From assembly GCA_001643675.2 (NCBI GenBank), contig LSRY02000007.1:496001-560000 (forward strand): 64,000 nucleotides of DNA. Direction: 5' to 3'. Shown here in pieces: positions 53,701-64,000 of this stretch. This DNA is from Monocercomonoides exilis PA203 (lineage: Eukaryota > Protista > Preaxostyla). A program made the translations under genes and the position numbers. Each line of letters opens with the position of its first letter. Positions within the stretch are counted from its first letter, which is position 1. The notes under the pieces are model-generated. The model saw only the letters and a list, made by a program, of their open reading frames with translations. It made no database searches and was not told where the DNA came from.

Positions 53701-56700
53701 GTTTGTTGGCAACCCACACTGGCGAGTGTCTGCCGAATCGAGACACACAAAGATCTGGGGTGCATACAAGAAGGTGATCAAGGGGATCAAGTCCACATCC
53801 TGCTCATCGGCATCACTCGCACAGATGGACTTGTTCGATTGGAGCGACTCCTGGGAGAAGTCGAGGGCAAAGAGTGTTTCGTTGATCTGCTGCTCGATCG
53901 ACTGGCAGCTGATGAATATGTCCTTCCCCACCAATGCATCATTCATTGTGAATCGGATCTCTGAAATCTTCAGCGGGAGAAACAACGAGCCATCTTGTGC
54001 TGGTGCTGGTGATGAGGGATCCACACAATCAAACATCATTCCTCCTCCTCTCCCCTCCACTGTCGAGCACCTGCAGAGTGTGAATGAGCATTGTCTCACC
54101 TCCACCGATGACTCCTCGCTCTTCACACACATCATCAGTGCCCCTCCCCTTTCACTCGTCTCACTCACACACCGGCTGAATGTGCACTTCTCAACAACAC
54201 TCTCCACAGCATCGAACACTCCGAGACAAAGAATGGTAGCACTGTCTCCGGAGCATGTGTTGTTGGCAAATGATGATGAGTGGATTTGGAGAGAGCAACA
54301 AGACTTGTCTGACGCTTCATTGTGAGCAGATGAATTCACAGGCAGATGAGACGGTGTTCTTTCGAATGAAACAAGAGAGCAAGAAGATATCGAGACATTC
54401 GAGACTGTCATGTTGGAAAGGGTGATTGACTGAGAAGGAAGTGAAACAAGGAGAAATGGGTGAGTGGATGAGAACGAGGACAAGGTGCAATTGTCAATCA
54501 ACAGGCTTCCCTCTGAAACACTCAACAAAGTGAATGAGACAGATTCACCTGAACTTTGAGGTGTGAAAGAGCAGTGCTTCATTTGGAGAAGCGATGAGGA
54601 AGTTGAGGATCTGATGAATGTTCTGTGGTGGGCAAATGCTGTTGGGATGTGGAAGGAGAGAACCTCAAATGAAAGATGGGTGGTCGAATGGATCATCCAT
54701 TCTTCATTTCCAACAGGATCAACGCCCACACCAATCCCTGACTCATTGTCTTTCCCAGTGAATTTCATTGAGATTTGTTTTGATTCAACAGAAGATGAAA
54801 GGGAAAGGGATGAGGTGAGTGAGGAAATGTGAGACACTGAGATGGACAATCCATCTTCATCATCATCATCAGAAGCACTTCCAGGGAGTGGGGTGAATTT
54901 GAGGGAGATGAGATGGGAGATCGATCTGCATGGAGCAACAGCATATCCACATCCACTGAAGTCTCCTCCTTCCTCCCCATCAACAAACCCACTCACGCTG
55001 AAGTTGCTCCACAGATACACCACAAGCGGAATCACAAACCCAACTCCTGTGCTGTCTCTCTCCCACCCACACAGCTCATCCATCGATGACTTCTCCTTCT
55101 CACTCATCTCCCAGCAGAAATGCACGGAATCCACAACCTCATCCAGAGAACTCCCATTCACAAACACATTCTTCCCTTTCCAGGCACAGCACCCCTCAAA
55201 CTTCATATCCAGGAAAACAAACTGAGTTGCTTCATCCTCCAATGATAGAAATATACCCCCACCAAGTCCTCTCCCACCTGCCTCTCTATCTATTTCTGTT
55301 TCTGTTTCTGTTTCTATGTCTTCTTCAGGAACTCCACAACCAGTCATTTGTGTGTTGTTGCACTTCAACTCACATTCCTTTGCCAGTTCAATCAGCATTC
55401 CTCCTCCCTTGAGGTTGTTTCCCTGGACACACGATGAATTCACTGTGCAATTATCAACTGTTATCCACCTGGCTCCTTCATCCATCCCAGTCACACTCAG
55501 CCATCCTCCATCACCTCCTGAGTGCTTGATCCCAAGGATCTCAGATTTCTTGATTGTGATGTTTTCTCCATTGGTAATTGAGATTGGAGAAGAAACTGAA
55601 AACTCAACTTCTGAACGCATTGAGAATTCATTAAGTGTCAGATCCCCCCTTTCCACCAATATTACAGAAATGGCAATACTATATGTCTCTGACTCTTCAA
55701 CAAAGGAGATGGAACAGGTTGAAAGGCTGAGTGCAGATGAAGACTGAAGAAACGCCTTTCTGCTCTGCTGGAATGCTCTTGGAAGAACAAAGCTGAGTCC
55801 TGAAATGGACAGACTGTTGCTGCACTGAAACATTCCGTCTTGTGTTGCATCTCCATTGTCACTCACACTCACAGTTATTTCATTTTCATTTGATGAGGAT
55901 GAAGATGATGAGAGAAGAAGAGGGAACAAAGCCACTGAGATTTGTGTGTTGATTGAGGAAGAAGAGGCAACTTTAATCTCATTGATTGCTTGTGAAACCC
56001 TCTTGTTGACGCAGAAATCAATCGATCTGCAACAGAACAAAGGATATCCACACTTCGTGTGATCCGCTCCTTCTGCCCCATCAACCATCACTGGATTTGG
56101 CAAAGAGCACAAATACACATGCAAAGGAATGATGGGATCATCCTCTCCATTTTCACATCCACTCAACTTTGTTCCATCTGAAGGGAGAGTTGAATGACCA
56201 AAGAAACCGAATGAAAATGTGTTGATCAACAATTCCAACTGGACTCCATCCTCACACCAGACAAACACATCTTTCCCATCTCTCGCAATGTTCGCCTTCT
56301 CACTCGAAAACTGCACTCCTTGTTCAATCCTCAACAAACACTCTGCATCTCCCACTTGAACAAACACTCCTCCTCCACATCCATCTTTTTCTCCTTCTTC
56401 CCTCTTTCCTGCACAGCACCCATCAAACTTCGATGATCCATTCACAACCATTTCATCATTGCCTCTCAGACACACATGCAACCCTCCCCCTTTTGCTTTG
56501 TTCCCTTTTGCCCAACATCCATTCAATGTGCAGTTGTCAATTATCAGTTGATTCTTTTCTGATTCATGGGCATTTGTCTCATCCTCAACACAAACACAAA
56601 CACAGGCTCCATCCCCATTCTCTTTTGTGATTCCCTCAAAAGCGCACTCAACACAATTCACAACAAAACTGCTCCCCTTCCCTTCAATCAACGAATGCGA

Positions 56701-59700
56701 TGAAAACACCATTGCTCCTTTTGTCTCAAACATTTCCATCTTCAACTCCCCTCCAACCACACTCACAAAGCAGAATCCAATCTCATTCACAATCTCAGAT
56801 AATGAATTCATTGATGAGCAATTCGAAAGAGTGAGAGAGGAAGTGGAAGTGGGGAGTGTGATGAAAGAGTGGGCATCAGAGAGAGAGGATGGAAGGGAGA
56901 AACAGATGTTGTATATTGAACATTCTGTGGAAACACTCACCAGCCATTGATTGGAGAGCTCTGCTTGTGGTTCATGCACACCAACAACCATTCCCCTTTC
57001 CTCACACGAGATGTTCCAAACTGGTCCGTCCATCACCATCTCCTCATCCAGCTCATATCCCTCTCCAACAACAATCTGCCTTTGTGATGAACCAAATCTG
57101 AGCTGAGCTGCATGCATTATCGTCTGACATGGGAAGAAGCTGAATCCACAAAAGTTCGAATCAAAAACCCAGTTTCCTTCAGTTCCTCCAACATGTGCTG
57201 GTGGTTGGAATGACTCCAAAAATACATTCAATGGAAACATTCCCATCTCATTCAGACTTCTATCAAATCCCATCAACTCTTCATATCCCAGCCCATTCAG
57301 TGAAACACAAATCTTCTCCAAATTGATTGTCTCGCCATTCATGTTGCTCCCATTTACAAAGAGATTTTCCCCTCCCTCTCTTGCCTCACAATCCACAAAA
57401 CTCACTGATGAAATCACAAAGTCTGCTGCCCCATCCCCCAGCCAAAGAAACAATCCTCCTCCACACTTGCTGCATGAACACGAGTCGAGTGTGGTTGGAA
57501 ATGAGAAGGATCCCATTCTGAAGGTGCTGGTGGATGATGCCATGTCAATCCTGATCCCTCCTCCATTCCCACTCCTGCACTTGCAATTCTCGATTGTTGT
57601 GTTCCACAGACAAAATGACTCTTCCTCACTGATTGTCTTTGAAATCACTGCTCCATCTCCTTCTGTTTTTGTCACATGTGAAAAGTTGGAGTTGGCAACA
57701 AAACACTCATCACTGTTTGGAAGAGGAGAAGATGAAGACAGCAACAACAATGAAGCAGAAGAGGTTTCTTGAAAGAGACTGGCCTTGGACAAGATGTTCT
57801 TGACAATGCAATCAGTCATTCGAAAGTTGGCAAAATTCACCTCAAACAAACTGTTTAAGTATTCTTTTGAGGGATGGCCTTCCTGATTCAATGGGGTGCT
57901 GATGACAAGCTCTTGGAGAAACAATTGAGAATTCGAGGAGCTTAATCTGAACAATCTTGAACTTTCATGTGAGTCAAACACAATGCTCAAAGATGACAAT
58001 TTGCATATCCCATCATCAACACTCAGAAACACTTGATCTGCTCCAACCTGGACTGGATTCAGTTGAGTCAGATCCTTTCCTCTTCCCTGAATAGAAATTC
58101 TCTTCCCAAACACAACATATCCATTTGGTTCAGCAGTCTCATAAGTTCCCTCGATCAGCATGATTCTGCATCTGCTCTTTGTTAATGTGTCTTCCAATGT
58201 GAATTTCAATGAGCTGCAGCCATCCTCAACAGTCAACCCACAGAGCGCATTACTGTTTCCTCCATCTGGAATGACATATCTCACAAGAAATCCATTTGGA
58301 AGCCACTCATTCTTTGGACCTAATGAGGAGCTCGCACATCTGCTCTCTCCATCTGTCAATGAATAACATTCAACAAAAGGATTTTCTATGATTATTTGTG
58401 ATGTGTCATTCAGATAAACATCTGATGCCTGTGAGGCAGAATTATTGAAGAAGAAGCAATAGAAGCAAAACTTAGAATTCATTTCAAGAGTTATAACATT
58501 AATCCATATTCCTCCTCCATTTGAAGTATTCGCAGAACAATTCTGAAAAATGCATTCGCTCATAATGAAAAAGTTTGGAGCATTCTTCCCAATATAAAAT
58601 CCTCCTCCATGAGAACTGTCTGAAGTTTCATTTGCAAAAGTGACATTTAATAAAAGGATTGGTGATCCATTTTCCAAAGAATTCAAATTGCATTCAGTTG
58701 ATGTGGAAGTGCTCCCAAAATTCAAGAAAATACCACCTCCAAATGCGTTTGTGTATCCGTTTTTCACAATTGTGTTACAAATATCATAACACTGTGTCAC
58801 ACTTACAAAGATTGCCCCTCCATGAGAACCTGCATCACTGTTGTTTCTTTTTCCAATACAATAATCAAATGTGCAGTTCCCTATTCTTGTGCTTATAGAA
58901 TCAAAAACGCAAATTCCTCCTCCCCATCTGCTGCAGGAACAGTTCTTTATTCAAAAAAAAAAGAGAGAGAGAAAGTTTCCAATAATTAAAACAAAAAATC
59001 AAAAATGACTCAAACCATGAATATACAGCTCTCCACACTTAGTGTTGATGAAGGACCATTGAAAAGGATGCCTCCTCCACAAGTGTGAAATCCAATGTCT
59101 GTTGCCGAATAATCAGTGACATGCTGATTGACAAATTCGGTGTATTCAAAGCTCCAATCCTCTTTGAGCTCCACTCTTGAACTTGAATTCATGGTTCTGG
59201 CGCAACGCATCACACTTGTGTTGAAAACATGCAATTCATGATTTCTGTCTCCTATTCCTCCATAAAACACATTTTCAATTCCACACAACTCACATCCAGA
59301 AATGATGAATGCTCCATTTCCATTCTGAAGCTCCGATGTCTCTGAACAAAATTGATCCTTCTTTTGTATGGTTGAAATGTTTGAGAAGGCACATTTGGCA
59401 ATGGACAAAGATGACGAATGCGAAGAGTCAATAATCGGAGCCTTTTCAAATACAAGATCATTAAATGTCGAAGATGACAATATGATTGCTTCAAAATCAT
59501 TCCCAATCCATCTCTTTTTCGCTGAATACTCAGAAACCAATAATTGTGGAATTTGATTACTTTGGTGCTTTGTGTTCGTTGATATGTTGTTGAAGAGTGC
59601 CCCTCCATGAGCTATTTTGAAGAATCCATTTGTTTTCTCATCGTTGCACAATATCAAACACCCGAGAACTTCAACATTGGATAAAGTTCCATCAACAATA

Positions 59701-60003
59701 TTTGTTCCTCCTCTTGTTTGCAGCATTTGCTTCGAGAACGTTATGGAAGTGTTCATCAACGAAAATGAAGTTTTCAAACATGAAAACTCCAATATCCCAT
59801 CTTCTCGAAAATGAGTGAATCGATCTTCGCTGTTGTTGCTTTGTGAATAATTCGATTTTGGATTGGATAATGAATATTCATCATTTTTTGATAATCTGAA
59901 ATTGGAGCATTCACCATTTGTATTTCTCAAAGAATTGTCTTCAATAGCATTGACATTCAAGTGAAAACTCAGAATTGCAACGAGATGAATGACTGACAGC
60001 ATG
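50722..60003 (-). CDS. Giant receptor-like protein: signal peptide, pectin-lyase-like GG(A/G)(I/L) repeats with Cys motifs, one TM helix, degenerate tyrosine-kinase-like C-lobe
   Basis: MLSVIHLVAILSFHLNVNA leader. Intron 58945-59015 (GTTTGA..AAG) joins the two ORFs in frame. Repeated GGG(I/L)F and CG..xPC motifs, TM WILIVCVAIVVVLLIVSIIVTVRWRK, and LRWKAPE..SFSIGMMLWECLTLQIPF. Confidence 0.85.
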
Positions 60004-61539
60004 CAGGAATGAATTTTGATTTTTCCTGCACTTTTGTTTTTCATAAATATGGGTGTCTTGATCATAAGGAAGATGAAAATGGTTTGTTCAATGATTGACA
60101 ATTGATGTTTGCTTCACACTTTCAACTGAAAATAAAAACAAATAGTTGACTTTGAAATATTAATTCGAAAATTGTTTCGATTTAATAACAAACAAATTTC
60201 AAAAGTCTTATTTGATTGTTTTTTCTGTTGCAATTATTTCAAGCATGAATCAAAATGTCTGTTCTCAAGTGTTTATTAACTCGCTTCATTTCAATGATGT
60301 TCGAATCTCTTTGTCTTTGTTGAGTCATTCATTTTCCCAAAAAGCAACTTATTGAATATTAATATAGCTCTAACAGAATTTTTTTTTTGAAGATAATGAT
60401 CCCATTCGGATTCCTTAATAAAATGATGAACTTCTCATATTCTTGTCATTAAATCGACAAAGCTGAGTCAATGAATGAAATCTTTTCAAGAATTGAAAAT
60501 AAAAAACGAAAATGATATCTGCAGAGTCGATGAAATTATTATTATTGCTATGCAACAGGGTTATATCTTGCAATATTTTCAATTATTTGTTTATCATCTT
60601 CTTTTTCATTTTATTATAATACATAGAAAATTGTCTTGATTGCCAGAGAAAGAAGAGAACTTTCGAAAAAAAAAAAGAATTTGATTCCATAAGGAACATA
60701 TAGAGTTTCTGCAATTGAAGTGATGAAAGTTGAAAAAGGCCAAATGATGAGAAATTATTTTATGCTTGTTCACCAAATTTTGATTTTTTGAAAGTTGACT
60801 ATTTTCAAACATTCAAACAGACTCAAGATGAATATTGATAAATGCGATTAAATCCTTTGGATTTTGCAATGCAGTGAAATAGCTTGGAAAACTGATGAAA
60901 AGAAGGTGTGACAAAGATTCAATGTATTAAGCTCTTATAAAAAGAGTTATTGATAATGAATAATGAGTCCAAGAAAAATCATCAAAAACGAAACTCTATG
61001 TTGCTTGCCAGATTTCTTTTCGCAATTCTCGATCTTAAATCATTTCCTTCAATTCGCCAAGCATCATCATCTTCAAATTTTAGTGCATTGATGTCATTTT
61101 GACAACTTCCACATCACCGTAATCATCCTTTTGATTATTTTTCATTTCTTCAAATTCTGCACTGGATCAGAGATAACAAAAGAAATTATCAAGAAAGATT
61201 TTTTTTGAAGAAATGAAGCTTTCAGAAAATGAGAGATGAATTGAAGAATAAAAAGGTGAAAACTGATTGAAAAAGAAAATAAATGAAAGATGTTGCTGGT
61301 TTTTGGATAAACGTTGAATAAACATAGGATTGAAATGATTATGGAGATTTGTTGATACAATGGGAAAAACATGCGAATGAAGCGAAGAAATAATTCAAAG
61401 AAGAGTTGGTCAAATTAAAATGGAATTTCTCTTGAGAATAAACAAAAAATATAAAGATCACAAGCTATTGAACTTGATATTATCTTTTGCATTGTTGTTT
61501 CACACTCTTTTTGGTGGAGTTCTTGATCCACGCTGATTG

Positions 61540-62400
61540 AACTGAGATTAAATGATGCTGTCTCCGCTGAAAAAAAATCGTTTTATCATCCACTTGTTAC
61601 TGTGTTTCCATCAAAGAAGCAGAATGTGATGAATTTAACATTATTCGTATATGAATATGGTGGAAGGAAATGCATTGCTGTTCCTCCATTAGATTTTGAA
61701 GCAGTCAATTTGTTATTAACAAACTGGCAATCACTGACTAAAAATAGATTCGGTTTATTTTGTGGAGGCCAATGAAATGTTGAAGAACCGGCTGAATCAC
61801 CACCAGTATTTGCGATACACTTGCATTTGGTGAACAGGAATTTTGCATCTGATGGCATGTTGTCCAGCAAGAAATATCAACTAGTTCTAACAGTACCATT
61901 TATTTTTCAACGTTCAATTCTGTTATCTGAGAATGAATAAACAGAAGATGATTTTTGACCATCGATACAAATTGCTCCTCCGCGAGTTGCAGAACAGTTT
62001 GTGAAATTGGACTAAACGATGTTCACATATGACAAATATATGCTGTATAATGCTCCACCAGCATAATCGCCTGTGATCGAACAATTGTTGAATGAACACG
62101 AAGTGATTGTGAGGTTGGCATTTGTACAGTTGACTTTTAGAGCACCTCCATAATCATTTTGTCCATTTGAGTTATTCCATTCACACCATTCAAAGAGATA
62201 ACTGTTCAAAGAAGTGAAGGACAATCTGCTTTGTACCTTTTTTTGAGTTTCGGATCCGTTATATTTCACAGGATCATTTTATGAAGAGCATGTTTGATGA
62301 AGGAAAGAGGTGTTGAAGGCAGAGAGAGAAGTGGATGGACTGTTGAGGTTGAGGTTGTTGGGATTAATGGATTGAGTGAATGTGAATAACGGGATGGAAG
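61540..62400 (-). pseudogene. Disrupted member of the GGA(L/I)-repeat surface-protein family
   Basis: FEWCEW..YGGALKV..CSFNNC..AGGALY..RGGAICID..FITFCFFDGN, broken by stops and a frameshift. It lies just left of DIRS copy 2. Confidence 0.65.
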
Positions 62401-62470
62401 AGAAAAACGAGACGAGAAAGAAATGGAAGAATGAATTAGATGCTTTGTATATGCTCACTTTTGTTGAAAG

Positions 62471-64000
62471 TTCGCAATAGAGCGAATCTATGAACGCAAG
62501 GAGCAGGTTTGCTCCTCAATAATGAGCATTGATCACGATTTATGGGCGGTTTCAGATCAAACTTCGCCAACAATTTTATTTCTATTACATACCATTGTCC
62601 GCAGTGTAGATGACACAAGATACTGTTATTATAAAACACAGAGACGGAGATGGAAAAGAATTAGATCTATTTTTGAAACTGAAAAGAGTGAAAATTATTA
62701 TCGAAGAATTTCCAGGATCTGAACATGTTAGACATCATTCGGAATAGAAGATAGTGCACAGCCGAAAGAATTGAACAGAGAGCCGCGCATTTTGAAGAGA
62801 TAATATCAATAACAGAAGCTGCAAAACATAGTGAGATAATTATTTAAATTAGTAAAGCGTTGTGCCACATGACAATTTCAGAAACTGAAATCACGAGAAA
62901 TCGTGAGATATTTAAACAAAATGAAGATATGATATTTTATAGACTTTAAAAAAGAAAAAAACTACATAATATTTTGTTTATTTGAAAGGAATAAGAACAG
63001 CATATTGAAGCGAGATATAGTTAAATTAAGGAATCACTTGAAACATCAAGAATCAAAAAAGATAGATCCATTAATTGCAAAGAGATTATTTTTAAGAAAG
63101 AACTAGTTTTCAATTGAAAGATAATTTATTGAAGTGAAGCTGTGCATTCTCAGAAGATTATTCCAAAGAATAAAAATACAAAATAGAGAAAATATTAATG
63201 AAGACAAAATGGGAAAAAGAGCCGCGCTTTGCCGCGAGATATAGATAAATGGAGAATCTACAAAATATCGAAGAAATTTATGAGGGAAAAAGAGCCGCGC
63301 TTTGCCGCGAGATCATGATTTGATTAGAAGAATGAAGACCCGCGTATTGAAGCGAGATAGGGATAAGAAGAGTATCAACGAAAAACTGAATGAAGATTAG
63401 GGAAAAGAGATGCGCAGTACTGCGAGAAATAGATTAATACAGTAACAAGATATACATTTACATATATATATAACAATTATTTATGCGAAAATCGATACAC
63501 ACGTTGCAGCGAGATATTAATAGAGGGATAATTTTATTACAAAAAATATATATATAATTGAAATGAAGCTGCGCATATTCAAGAGATTGTAACAAAGAAC
63601 AAAGCAACGTTAAGTTTTGTGATCATGAGAATGGAGATAGAAAATAGAGCCGCGCTCTGCCACCAGACCAAGAGATGAAAGAGAGAAACCGCGTTTTATC
63701 GCGAGATCATGTGAGGAGATAGAGCAGAGAACCGCGCTTCGCAGCGAGATGATAATAGAGATAGAAAGCGCAGTAAATCGATAGGCTTTGCAAAGGAGAT
63801 ATTGACAAGCTGTATTACGAAACAATATCAAAACAAAAGAAGTGAAATATCATTAATTTATAATAAGAAATGAAACGATTCATTATTAAAGAAATTTTCA
63901 CATAAGTGAAACCGCGAAATATAACGGGACTGAGAGATATAAGAGAGCCGTGTATTGTCGCGAGATTATTATTGAGTGACAAATTGCTTTTGATCGAAAG
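62471..64000 (+). mobile_element. DIRS-like element copy 2 (inverted, truncated by the window edge)
   Basis: Reverse complement of ~41208-42737 with only two differences that I spotted (~62491, ~62604). Identity stops exactly at the TTCGCAA terminus predicted by the ICR. Confidence 0.92.

Overview
This is AT-rich, intron-containing eukaryotic DNA using the standard genetic code. It is most likely an oxymonad such as Monocercomonoides. That assignment is an inference from the Ser-run-rich proteins, GTTTGT splice donors and the giant GGA(I/L)-repeat receptor-pseudokinase family. The left part (1-35 kb) is a compact gene block: rhomboid protease, Ser-rich protein, multi-calponin-homology protein, AP-1 gamma adaptin, AAC4-like protein, TRAF-type zinc-finger protein, low-complexity protein, a CaMKK-like kinase ending in a CaaX box, and an MFSD1-like transporter. 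The right part (35-64 kb) is rich in mobile elements. The main find is a 4.34-kb non-autonomous DIRS-type tyrosine-recombinase retroelement (38397-42737). It keeps both inverted termini and an internal complementary region reproducing the end-to-end circle junction. It has only decayed recombinase and methyltransferase remnants and no recognisable RT. It carries a CpG-motif/AT-spacer array and a GC-rich hairpin cluster. A near-identical inverted copy starts at 62471 and runs off the window. Also present are a 366-bp near-perfect foldback MITE, a Merlin-like MITE with an 8-bp target duplication, an intronless trehalose-6-phosphate synthase/phosphatase and a ~3000-aa beta-helix/TM/pseudokinase gene. 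All calls are by eye; exon boundaries are approximate.
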